DNA of 64,000 nt from Candidatus Pacearchaeota archaeon (GTDB taxonomy: Archaea; Nanobdellota; Nanobdellia; Pacearchaeales; GW2011-AR1): contig JAFCEJ010000003.1 in NCBI GenBank assembly GCA_017609175.1, positions 13,374 through 77,373 on the forward strand, in the 5' to 3' direction. The notes beneath the pieces are model-generated. The model had not been told where the DNA came from and made no database searches. It saw only the letters and a program-made list of their open reading frames with translations. Shown one piece after another: positions 47,836-56,988 of this stretch (positions within the stretch are counted from its first letter, which is position 1; each line of letters starts with the position of its first letter). The position numbers were made by a program, and so were the translations under genes.

Positions 47836-49326
47836 ATGGGAAAAGAAAAATTTTTTTGGGCAGATTATATTGCAGATAGGATAATAAAAGAGAAGGGAAA
47901 CAAGAAAGAATATGTTTGTGCTTCTGGAATCACTCCGTCTGGAACAATACATATTGGAAATTTTAGAGAAGTAATAACGACCGATTTGGTAGTAAGAGCA
48001 TTAAAAGATAGAGGGAAAAAAGTGAGATTTATTTATTCTTGGGATGATTATGATAGATTCAGAAAGGTTCCAAAAAATATTAAAAAAGAATATGAAAAAT
48101 ACATTGGAATGCCTTTAAGTGAGATTCCGTCCCCGTTTGGTGATGGAAGTTATGCAGAACATTTTGAAAAAGAATTTGAGAATTCTTTAAAAAAAGTTGG
48201 AATTGAACCAGAGTTTATCAGACAAAGTATAATGAATAAAAAATGCAAATATGCAAAATTAATAAAATTGGCTATTGAAAAAAGAGAAGAAATTATGGAG
48301 GTGCTCAATAAATATAGAAAAGAGCCTTTAAGTAAAAATTGGTTTCCTTTGACAGTTTATTGTGAAAAGTGTAAGAAAGATTCCACAAAAGTTTTGGAGG
48401 CTAATGAATATATCGTTGAATATGAATGTGAATGTGGTTATAAAGGAAAAGTAGATTTTTCTAAGAAAGGAACTGTAAAAGCTCCTTGGAGAGTGGACTG
48501 GCCATTAAGATGGAAATATGAAAAAGTTGATTTTGAGCCAGGGGGAATTGATCATAGCACTCCTGGAGGCTCATTTACAACTGGGAAAGAAATTGTAAAA
48601 AAAGTTTTTGATTACGAAGCTCCAATGTACCAGTTATATGAATGGGTTAGAATCAAAGGAGGAACAGAATTTTCAAGTTCAAAAGGAAATGTAACTACAT
48701 TAAACGATGTTGAAGAAGTTTATGAGCCAGAAGTTTTAAGATATTTATTCGTCGGCACACGGCCAAATAAAGGATTTCAAATTAGTTTTGATAATGACGT
48801 TATAAAAATCTATGAAGATTTTGACGCTCTTGAAAAAAAATATTATGACAAAAAAGCAAATGCACAAGAAAAAAGAATATATGAATTATCTCGATTGAAA
48901 GTCAGTAAAAAGAAACCTGCTCGGATTGGGTTTAGACATTTAATTACAATTGTTCAATCTGGGAAAATGAAAGAATTAAAGGGGGAAGTGAAGCAGAGAG
49001 CGGAAAAAGTTAAGAATTGGTTGGAAAAGTATGCTGGTGAAGATATGAAATTTGAGGTCCAAGAAAAAGTAAAAGTTAAATTGAATAAAAAAGAAAAAGA
49101 AGCCCTGATAAACCTTAGAGAAGTTTTAAAAGAAAAGGATTATGATGAAAAAGAACTTTTTAACAAATTTTATGAAATTTGCAAAAATGTTGATATAAGC
49201 AACAAAGATTTTTTTGAAGTAGCTTATAGGGTTATTATTAATAAGAAAAAAGGACCTCGTTTGGCTGGTTTAATTTTAGATATTGGTAAAGATAAAATAA
49301 TTAAACTATTAAATCAGATAGAATAA
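47836..49326 (+). CDS. lysK: lysyl-tRNA synthetase, class I
   Basis: FWADYIA, GITPSGTIHIGNFRE, FSSSKGN. Confidence 0.9.
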   Translation: MGKEKFFWADYIADRIIKEKGNKKEYVCASGITPSGTIHIGNFREVITTDLVVRALKDRGKKVRFIYSWDDYDRFRKVPKNIKKEYEKYIGMPLSEIPSPFGDGSYAEHFEKEFENSLKKVGIEPEFIRQSIMNKKCKYAKLIKLAIEKREEIMEVLNKYRKEPLSKNWFPLTVYCEKCKKDSTKVLEANEYIVEYECECGYKGKVDFSKKGTVKAPWRVDWPLRWKYEKVDFEPGGIDHSTPGGSFTTGKEIVKKVFDYEAPMYQLYEWVRIKGGTEFSSSKGNVTTLNDVEEVYEPEVLRYLFVGTRPNKGFQISFDNDVIKIYEDFDALEKKYYDKKANAQEKRIYELSRLKVSKKKPARIGFRHLITIVQSGKMKELKGEVKQRAEKVKNWLEKYAGEDMKFEVQEKVKVKLNKKEKEALINLREVLKEKDYDEKELFNKFYEICKNVDISNKDFFEVAYRVIINKKKGPRLAGLILDIGKDKIIKLLNQIE

Positions 49327-49327
49327 T

Positions 49328-49522
49328 ATGGCAAGCGGAGGACTTATTGTAAAATCAAACATCAAAAAAGTTGTAAAGGAATTGGATAAGGAAAATGCAG
49401 TACCAAATGTTGCTGAAGAAGTTGGAAGAGGACTTGAAGAAGTTGTTAGAGAAATTTTAAGAAAAGCGATAGCTCGGGCAAAGGCAAATCAGCGACGAAC
49501 ATTGCAAGCGAGAGATTTATAA
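49328..49522 (+). CDS. histone-fold protein (DUF1931-like)
   Basis: LIVKSNIKKVVKE...RAKANQRRTLQARDL resembles the DUF1931/histone fold from memory. Confidence 0.45.
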   Translation: MASGGLIVKSNIKKVVKELDKENAVPNVAEEVGRGLEEVVREILRKAIARAKANQRRTLQARDL

Positions 49523-49590
49523 TTTTTTGAATGGAGGTAAAGAGATTATTTGATTTTGGATATTTAAAGATATAAAAAAGGTATTCAAAA

Positions 49591-49980
49591 ATGCCAAAAA
49601 ATAAAACAAAAGGTTCAAAGGTTGAGAGAGAATTATTTCAAATTTTTATTGATAATAATTATAGAGTTGTGCGGGTTGCTGGAAGTGGAACAATGGAAAA
49701 TGCTGACTGTGACCTGATTGCGGGCAAAAAAGGAAGAAAATATTGTATAGAGGTTAAATCGAGTAAAAAGCCTATGAAATATATTTCAAAAAAGCAAATT
49801 GAAAGTTTTATTATTTTTTCAGAGATTTTTAAATTAACTCCGGTAATTGCTTTGCGATTTAATAGGGAGGGTTGGCTTTTTGTCAGACCGCAAGATTTAA
49901 GAGATTCTGGAAAAAATTGGGTGATAACACTTGAAGAAGCTAGGAAAAAAGGGAAAAAATTCGCGCAGTTTTTTGGATAA
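49591..49980 (+). CDS. hjc: Holliday junction resolvase Hjc
   Basis: KGSKVERELFQ...VRVAGSG...CDLIAGKKGRKYCIEVKSSK. Confidence 0.85.
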   Translation: MPKNKTKGSKVERELFQIFIDNNYRVVRVAGSGTMENADCDLIAGKKGRKYCIEVKSSKKPMKYISKKQIESFIIFSEIFKLTPVIALRFNREGWLFVRPQDLRDSGKNWVITLEEARKKGKKFAQFFG

Positions 49981-49998
49981 TTTCCTAATTAAAAGCAT

Positions 49999-50214
49999 CT
50001 AAATCAATATAAGATTGAGAAATATCTTTCCAGAAGAATCTAATAAGTATCTTACTTTTACAGTTCTTCCTTTTTTTATATTATATTTTCCTTTAAGTAT
50101 TATTTTTACAAGGTTCCCTTCTTTGGATAAAACTTCTATCTCGATAAGCCCTCTTCCATACAAATTTGTATCTTTTGTATTTTGAATTTTATCTATGATT
50201 AATTTTGATTCCAT
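49999..50214 (-). CDS. hypothetical protein (71 aa)
   Basis: ORF only. Confidence 0.3.
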   Translation of the reverse strand: MESKLIIDKIQNTKDTNLYGRGLIEIEVLSKEGNLVKIILKGKYNIKKGRTVKVRYLLDSSGKIFLNLILI

Positions 50215-50288
50215 ATTAATTTCTCGAATAAATCATTAATAAAAATTAATATAATAAAAGATAAATATGGTTATTTTCTTAAAATTTT

Positions 50289-50966
50289 ATGAAAAGGATT
50301 GTATTTTTATTGTTTGTTTTGTTTTTTATTTCAAACGTTTGGGGAATAAGAATAAATGAAATTGAAATAAATCCTATTGATGGAAGTGCTGGAAAGGAAT
50401 GGATTGAATTATATAATGAAGGAGAAGATTTAGATATTTCTGAATGGGAAATTTATGATGGGATAACAAAACCTAAAAAAATCTACACAATTCCTCCTGG
50501 AACAATAATCAAAGAAAAAGACTATTATGTTATTGAATTAAGCAAAGCCGTTTTGAATAATAATGGTGATTTTGTAATATTGTATAACGCTGGTGGGGAA
50601 GAAATTGACAGAAGTGAAATGCTAAAAGAAACTTCATGGGATAGCAAAACATGGCAATTATGTGGAAATTGGAAATTTATAGAAGCAACAAAAAACAAAG
50701 AGAATAATTGTGATAATGGGGAAGACAAAAAAGAAAACAAAGAATATGATAATCTCAAAAATGAAGAAATAAAAGAATATAAAAAAGAAGAAATAAAAAC
50801 GACTAAAAGTGTTATTAATTTAACTCCGAAAGATATAAAAACAAATGAAAACATCTCAAATTCAAATAAAACAAAATATGCAAAATATGGTCTTGTAATT
50901 TTTTGCATTTTATTGCTTGTTTTGTTTGTTTTAAAATTCACCAAACAAAATGATAAACTTGAATAA
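50289..50966 (+). CDS. lamin-tail-domain (LTD) surface protein, C-terminally anchored
   Basis: Signal peptide, IRINEIEINP...KEWIELYNEGEDLDISEWEI...GDFVILYN, C-terminal TM GLVIFCILLLVLFVL. Confidence 0.75.
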   Translation: MKRIVFLLFVLFFISNVWGIRINEIEINPIDGSAGKEWIELYNEGEDLDISEWEIYDGITKPKKIYTIPPGTIIKEKDYYVIELSKAVLNNNGDFVILYNAGGEEIDRSEMLKETSWDSKTWQLCGNWKFIEATKNKENNCDNGEDKKENKEYDNLKNEEIKEYKKEEIKTTKSVINLTPKDIKTNENISNSNKTKYAKYGLVIFCILLLVLFVLKFTKQNDKLE

Positions 50967-51468
50967 CTCAGAAGAAACAAAAGGTATCAAAGCGTTATTA
51001 ATACTCGAAATTATAGGAAGGCCTGCAGAACATTTAACAAAGACTTTGAATGATATAATTGAACAGATGGATAAAGAACCAAGAGTAAGTGTACAAGAGA
51101 AAAAAATTGCTGAACCAAAAGAGATTAAAGACCATAAAAATTTTTATTCGAGTTTTGCAGAAGTCGAAGTTGAAGTTGAGGAGATTTTAGATTTAGTTAT
51201 TCTTTGTTTTAAATATATGCCTGCACATATTGAAATTGTGAATCCTGAATTAATTGCTATCACAAACAATTCATGGAGCGACATTTTAAGTGAATTAATG
51301 AGAAGATTACATGGCTATGACGAAATTGCAAGAGTGTTGCAGAACGAAAAAACAATTCTTGAAAATAAATTGAGAGAAGTTTTAGGAAACATTGAAAAAG
51401 GGAAATCAGAAAAAAATATCAAGAAAGAACAGAGTGTTAAAAAAAAGAAAGAGACAAAGAAAAAATAA
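50950..51468 (+). CDS. hypothetical protein with K-rich tail
   Basis: ORF only. Overlaps the upstream gene by 17 nt. Confidence 0.4.
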   Translation: MINLNNSEETKGIKALLILEIIGRPAEHLTKTLNDIIEQMDKEPRVSVQEKKIAEPKEIKDHKNFYSSFAEVEVEVEEILDLVILCFKYMPAHIEIVNPELIAITNNSWSDILSELMRRLHGYDEIARVLQNEKTILENKLREVLGNIEKGKSEKNIKKEQSVKKKKETKKK

Positions 51469-52461
51469 TTATCTTCTCATTGCAATATTTAATAAATCAA
51501 ATGGCTTTTTTGTTCCTTTATATTTTGCAAAGAGAACAATTAAAATAAGAATTACCAAAATAATTATTCCCCATCCAAAAATTTTCCAGGGAGGGGTTTT
51601 TGGTTTTTCCTTACAAGTTCCTAGACAACATTTTTCATCGAGAGCGTATTCAAATTCTCCCACACATATTTCATTTTGAGAACAAATTTCTCCTTTCATT
51701 TCAAAGCAGGTCTTTATTGCTTGCGGAGAAGGTTCTTCTTTTTTGTTTTCTGTGGGTTTTTCAATGTTTTGTGTTTCTTCATCTTGATTTTTTTCGTCTT
51801 TTTTTCCATCAATAGAATCTTGTGGATTGAGAAAAATATAAACAGGGACTTCATAAGTCAGATTATCTGTACTTAATTTTATTATTTGCAACCCAGATTC
51901 AAAATTAACGATATTAAAATCTATTTTTTTTGTTTCTCCAGGATTAAGAACTATTTGCTCATCCGAACCGCCAAATAAAGAAGAGAAAAATCCCCCAGAT
52001 TGTTCTGTTTCTATTTTTATTTCAATTTCAGAATTTTGCAGGTTTTTTAATTCTATAAAGAAATCATCTTTTGCCATAACAAAACCGGGATTAATATTAA
52101 AATCTGCTATTTGTTCGGAAATTGAAAAATTCTTTTTTATTTCTTCGTCTGTAGATTGTCCATTTTCAATATGTCTCACATTTTCTATGGCGATGGAATA
52201 ATTTTTTTTATTCTCTGTCTTTGGAAGAATCGCATAAATATAAACGCTATCATTTATTTTTGCGAGGTCATATTCAATCGGAACCCTAACATGCCCCCTA
52301 TAAAAGAAGATATTTTCATTGAGAATTGGCTGTAAAAAGTCTCCTGAAACTTTTGCAATTAACGTTTCTTGGGAATTAAACTCTGTTTTCATACTTATAT
52401 TAACAGATGAAATGAAAGGTAAAAAAAAGATTAAGAAAAAAATAAAAAATATTTTTTTCAT
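51469..52461 (-). CDS. surface protein with Cys-knot stalk and C-terminal TM anchor
   Basis: Signal peptide IFFIFFLIFFLPFISS. Stalk CFEMKGEICSQNEICVGEFEYALDEKCCLGTCKEKP followed by a TM helix. Confidence 0.6.
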   Translation of the reverse strand: MKKIFFIFFLIFFLPFISSVNISMKTEFNSQETLIAKVSGDFLQPILNENIFFYRGHVRVPIEYDLAKINDSVYIYAILPKTENKKNYSIAIENVRHIENGQSTDEEIKKNFSISEQIADFNINPGFVMAKDDFFIELKNLQNSEIEIKIETEQSGGFFSSLFGGSDEQIVLNPGETKKIDFNIVNFESGLQIIKLSTDNLTYEVPVYIFLNPQDSIDGKKDEKNQDEETQNIEKPTENKKEEPSPQAIKTCFEMKGEICSQNEICVGEFEYALDEKCCLGTCKEKPKTPPWKIFGWGIIILVILILIVLFAKYKGTKKPFDLLNIAMRR

Positions 52462-52462
52462 T

Positions 52463-54031
52463 TTAACTTCCGATTTCTTTTAATTTTTTTAGAATATCTG
52501 AAAATTCTTTTTCTTTTGGACTTTTCGGTTTTGGCATAATTGGGCGTCTTGATTGCGTTGGCTGACGGCCCGAAGGCAAAATTCTTCTTGGTCTTATTCT
52601 TGGTCCTGGTGTTGCAGGAGGAAGAAATCCTGGTGGAGCGGGTCCCTGCGAAGAACTCGGAGCACCACCTCCCCTACCAAAACCATGTTTTAACCTAAAC
52701 CAATAAGGACGTATCCTGTCTCTAAAAATTATTCCAATTATTGTCAAAATAATTAAAAAAACTAAGACCCAAATATACCAATAACTTTTTTTCTCATCTT
52801 TTTCAGAATCTTTATCTGAATCACTTTCACTATCATCTGGAATTGGTTTTTCTTTGCAAGTTCCTAGACAACACCTTCCGTCACTTGAATCAACTGTCTT
52901 TCCATCACATTCTTCTCCATAAGAGCAAAGCTCCCCGTTTAACTCATCACAAGATTCCAAATCTTCGTCTGATGGTTCTGGAACTGAAACTTCTTCTGGC
53001 CATACAGAATATAAAATAAACGCTGTTTCTGTAACTCCCCGCCAACAACCGTCTTCATTCTGAACATCTAATAACCATTTAATAGCATCTGATTTTTGCG
53101 GGGAATCATCATTTTGTAATGCATATAATGCAAGTGCAGTATCATAATACTTATTGTCAGATTCTTCCCAATAATGATCAGTAGGGGTTTGTTTTAATAG
53201 CAAATTATCATAATAATCCTCGTTTTCTGTTAATAGATATAAGAAAGCTTCTGGGAGATATTTTTTATTTTCATCCATCATTGAAACGAGATAAGGCAAA
53301 TAGTAATTGATATTATAACCTTTTTTATTTAATGCCAGTGCAGCCCACAAAGTTGATTCATAATCACAAGAGTCATCTTTTTTAAAACATAAAGAATTAA
53401 CTTTTTCTTCTGTTGTTCCATCAGCTGATGCAGAATGTATCTCTGAAAGATAAATTGTTGAGGAATCTTTTTTCTTGTATAAAAGATTTGTAAAAAATTG
53501 TTTATCGCAAGATATTGAAAATTTCTCGTCAAAGCAACTTGGTGAAATCTCCAACCAATAACCTCCTTGTGCTAAAGTTAAACAACTTCCTGCTCTTGCA
53601 TTTATTTTTTTATTCTCATCAATCTCAATTGTGTGTTCTGTGCTATAAGAGATTTTACAGGTTGTCGGCTCAGAACTTTCAATTTGTAAATACCAAGTAA
53701 GTTCTGAAGGGGGTTGGGTTTGAGATTGTAACCAATCCTCTACTTTTCCTGTATCAAAACCGACCCTATCTAATGCCAAAATTGCTTGAGCAGTTGTTTT
53801 TGCATCTTTCTTTAATATAGAAACTACCTCGCTTTTACATTTAGAAACAGCCAACAAGGAAAAAACCTGTTCTTCTATTGAGAGTTCTGAACATTTCTTT
53901 TCATTTATCTTATTTCTCAAACAAGTATAAGCATCATTTACTTTTTCAGACTCAGTTTCTGCAAAAGCAAAGGAAATTGAAATTAAAAGAAATACAACTA
54001 AAATTCCGAATACAAACCTGCCTTTATTCAT
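52463..54031 (-). CDS. surface protein with terpenoid-cyclase/prenyltransferase-like (QW) repeats, Cys stalk, TM anchor and P/R-rich tail
   Basis: AIKWLLDVQNEDGCW, TALALYALQ and WAALALNKKG repeats. Stalk CDELNGELCSYGEECDGKTVDSSDGRCCLGTCKEKP followed by TM YIWVLVFLIILTIIGIIF. Confidence 0.6.
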   Translation of the reverse strand: MNKGRFVFGILVVFLLISISFAFAETESEKVNDAYTCLRNKINEKKCSELSIEEQVFSLLAVSKCKSEVVSILKKDAKTTAQAILALDRVGFDTGKVEDWLQSQTQPPSELTWYLQIESSEPTTCKISYSTEHTIEIDENKKINARAGSCLTLAQGGYWLEISPSCFDEKFSISCDKQFFTNLLYKKKDSSTIYLSEIHSASADGTTEEKVNSLCFKKDDSCDYESTLWAALALNKKGYNINYYLPYLVSMMDENKKYLPEAFLYLLTENEDYYDNLLLKQTPTDHYWEESDNKYYDTALALYALQNDDSPQKSDAIKWLLDVQNEDGCWRGVTETAFILYSVWPEEVSVPEPSDEDLESCDELNGELCSYGEECDGKTVDSSDGRCCLGTCKEKPIPDDSESDSDKDSEKDEKKSYWYIWVLVFLIILTIIGIIFRDRIRPYWFRLKHGFGRGGGAPSSSQGPAPPGFLPPATPGPRIRPRRILPSGRQPTQSRRPIMPKPKSPKEKEFSDILKKLKEIGS

Positions 54032-54042
54032 AATGAATATAA

Positions 54043-55326
54043 TTACTTGTTATTTTTAAACTTTTTAGTTTTTTTGTGGGGGAGGGTAGATTTTCTTATA
54101 ACATAATTAACAGGGTTTTTTACTAATTTACAAAAATCATCAGGAATGCAAACCCCAATTCCTTTATAATATTCGTTACAATTGGGGGGCATTATAGGTT
54201 TTTTTCTGTAGGTCCAATTTAGCTGGGACGCAATATATCCTTGCCTCAACGGAGGATTATTTTTTTTGTTCCAATCTTCAATCCTTTTTTCCAATTCTTC
54301 TCTTTCCATACCCACAGAACGAAATAAATTTATCAGAATAAACAATGCCCTTTTTTTCCCATCAACCATCCCGTTTAATATTTTTTTAATGCATGGCGGG
54401 AAATTTTGCTCAGAAAGTTTGTCAAGTTTTATCGGTTTGAATTCTGATTCAAATCTCTTTTCTTTTTGCTCTTTATTTATTTCCCTATACCAATCTAATG
54501 CCTGCATCAACAACTCTCTTGCTTCTCCTTCTTCTGCATCAGGCATAAAGTTTTTAGGTTTTGCTTTTAGAGGGTCTGCATCAGTTAATTGAAATTCTGA
54601 AATTTTATTTTTGTCTATAACGACGCTGGCAAGTGCTGTTTTTTCATGGAGAGAATAAGGCATCCTAAATAAATGCCTTGATGAAACCAGAATAATATCG
54701 GGCATAACTTGTTTTGGAACTTCAAAATCCTTTACATATTTATTTGGTCTTTCTAAATCAGTTATTTTTTCAATTAATTGGGGTTTTACTTTTTCAATAA
54801 TATACTGGATGATTATTCTTGGCCATTCGGGGAACATCTCAGAAGTTTTGGATTCGTAGACTTTTTTTGGAAAGGCTTTGAAAGGAACTATTATATGGAA
54901 TCCCTTGCTACCTGAAAATTTTATTCCGATATTTTTGACACCATGAAATCTCAGAAGATTTATTATCAGTTCTGCTGAAATCTTTGAATAATCAATATAT
55001 TTACTATCGATATCTATTAACAAATCCCATCCAATCCTAAGTTCATTTAATTGTTTTTCATTTAAATCTGTAGAAAGTTTTAAGGGGTCTTCCCAGAGTT
55101 CTTCAGAACAATGAAAGGAAGTTGCACCTTTTTTTACCATTGCAAGAATATCTCCGGGATATTGCAGAGAATCTGGCCGTTTTCCAAAGCCTTCAAAATA
55201 TCTTGGAGAAATCTCTCTGTTTTTTGAAAAATCAAAAATCGTTTTTTGAATATCTGGTCTTGAATAATATAGTTGGGTAATTTTTCTAATTCTTTGCTCT
55301 CGATAAGACAAGGGTTTTTGATCCAT
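54043..55326 (-). CDS. priS: DNA primase, fused PriS catalytic domain + PriL-like Fe-S C-terminal domain
   Basis: PriS motifs WDLLIDIDSK, FSGSKGFH, RMPYSLH. C-terminal FPPCIKKIL ... PPNCNEYYKGIGVCIPDDFC supplies four Cys. Confidence 0.75.
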   Translation of the reverse strand: MDQKPLSYREQRIRKITQLYYSRPDIQKTIFDFSKNREISPRYFEGFGKRPDSLQYPGDILAMVKKGATSFHCSEELWEDPLKLSTDLNEKQLNELRIGWDLLIDIDSKYIDYSKISAELIINLLRFHGVKNIGIKFSGSKGFHIIVPFKAFPKKVYESKTSEMFPEWPRIIIQYIIEKVKPQLIEKITDLERPNKYVKDFEVPKQVMPDIILVSSRHLFRMPYSLHEKTALASVVIDKNKISEFQLTDADPLKAKPKNFMPDAEEGEARELLMQALDWYREINKEQKEKRFESEFKPIKLDKLSEQNFPPCIKKILNGMVDGKKRALFILINLFRSVGMEREELEKRIEDWNKKNNPPLRQGYIASQLNWTYRKKPIMPPNCNEYYKGIGVCIPDDFCKLVKNPVNYVIRKSTLPHKKTKKFKNNK

Positions 55327-55411
55327 AGTGCAGGAAAGGGTGCGATGTTTAAATAATTAGCCTATGCTTTATTATAATAATACTTAAAAACAAAATTCTT
55401 TTTTTAAAAGG

Positions 55412-56137
55412 ATGCTTGTAAAATTAGATAAGCCAGTACTATTGGCAAAAGCAGTTGAAATTATTTCTGAATTAGTAACAGAAGTAAGAATGAAATTTAG
55501 CGAGTTTGGACTTAGTATTGTTGCGATTGATCCTGCAAATGTTGCGATGGTAGGATTTAGGTTGCCAAAAAGTATTTTTTCGCAGTTTGAGGCAGGAGAA
55601 GAGGTTTTAGGAATTAATTTAGATAATTTAAAACAGGTTTTGAAAAGATGTGGTTCTGGGAGTTCTTTAATTTTAGAGAAAAAAGAAAACTTGCTAAGCA
55701 TTCAGATTCAAGATAGAATAAAAAGAAATTTTACATTGAACTTAATTGATATTGAATCAGAAGAAAAAGAACTTCCGGACTTAGAATATAGTTCAAAAAT
55801 TGAAATGGATTCAGTTGATTTGATTGCTTCTGTTGAAGATTGTGCAGTTGTCGCTGATGCGTGTTCTTTCATAATCCAAGATGGAAAATTTATAATAGAA
55901 GCAAAGGGTTTAAATTCTGCGCGGTCAGAATTTTCAGGAGACGAGGCAAAAATTGAGGCAGAAAACTGCAAAGCCAAATATAGTTTAGAATATATGCAGA
56001 AATTTATGAAAGGCGCAAAATTATGCGATAAATCAATTTTACAGTTTGCAAACGACCATCCATTAAAACTTGAGTTTAGAACAGGAGAAATGGATTTAAT
56101 TTTTATTCTTGCACCAAGAGTTGAAACAGAAGATTAG
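55412..56137 (+). CDS. pcn: PCNA sliding clamp
   Basis: 241 aa. KFSEFGLSIVAIDPANVAMVGFRL. Two-domain clamp pattern. Confidence 0.85.
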   Translation: MLVKLDKPVLLAKAVEIISELVTEVRMKFSEFGLSIVAIDPANVAMVGFRLPKSIFSQFEAGEEVLGINLDNLKQVLKRCGSGSSLILEKKENLLSIQIQDRIKRNFTLNLIDIESEEKELPDLEYSSKIEMDSVDLIASVEDCAVVADACSFIIQDGKFIIEAKGLNSARSEFSGDEAKIEAENCKAKYSLEYMQKFMKGAKLCDKSILQFANDHPLKLEFRTGEMDLIFILAPRVETED

Positions 56138-56209
56138 CGAGAATCAATAGAAATAAATAAATATTAATTTCATAGAAGAATTTTTAAAGAATTTTATCTT
56201 CTAAAAAAC

Positions 56210-56983
56210 ATGAAAAGGGGTATGAGCAAAAGAGGACAAATTACTATTTTTATTGTTGTAGCAGTGATAATTGTTGCTCTTGCAGGAATAATCTATTTAG
56301 TTTATCCAAAAATCACTCATCCAAATGTTGTTTCAACAACTCCGACAGAATATATTCAAGATTGTATGGAAAATGAGATTAAAGAAGTTGCCGAAGAAAT
56401 TTCTATGCATGGGGGGGATTTAGAACCAGAATTCTATGCAGAATATTTTGAAGATGGAAAAAAATACACTGTAGAGTATTTATGTTATACCAAAGAATAT
56501 TACAAACAATGTGTTATGCAACAACCACTGTTGAAATCACATATTGAATCTGAAATAAAAGAAGCTATTAAAAATAAAGCCACAAAATGTTTTAATAATT
56601 TAGAAGAATCATATAAGAAAAAAGGATATGAAGTTAGTTTGACCCGTAATGATTATAGTGTTGAATTATTGCCGAATAAAATTTTCGTTGTTTTTGATTA
56701 TCCTTTAACCTTAACAAAAGGTGGTTCTGACAAATATACCAAATTTGAAGTTGATGTAAAAAGTAATTTGTATAGGTTGGTTACAATAGCTCACAAAATT
56801 TTAAAATGGGAGGCACAATACGGCGATTCAGATATTTCAATGTACATGGATACTAACTATTGGCTAAAAGCAGAAAAGAAAAAGAAAACAGATGGAACTA
56901 AAATTTATATTTTGACAGATAAAGAAAGTAATGAAAGGTTTATGTTCGCGTCACGAAGTGTTGCTTGGCCTCCAGGTTATTAA
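56210..56983 (+). CDS. pilin-like (class III signal) protein 1
   Basis: MKRGMSKRGQITIFIVVAVIIVALAGIIYL. Confidence 0.55.
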   Translation: MKRGMSKRGQITIFIVVAVIIVALAGIIYLVYPKITHPNVVSTTPTEYIQDCMENEIKEVAEEISMHGGDLEPEFYAEYFEDGKKYTVEYLCYTKEYYKQCVMQQPLLKSHIESEIKEAIKNKATKCFNNLEESYKKKGYEVSLTRNDYSVELLPNKIFVVFDYPLTLTKGGSDKYTKFEVDVKSNLYRLVTIAHKILKWEAQYGDSDISMYMDTNYWLKAEKKKKTDGTKIYILTDKESNERFMFASRSVAWPPGY

Positions 56984-56988
56984 ATAAA

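Noticed and set aside
51392-51876. + strand ORFs 51392..51679, 51600..51815 and 51676..51876
   Set aside because: They are antisense to the well-formed 51469..52461 surface-protein gene, and their products are repetitive F/L/R-rich strings.
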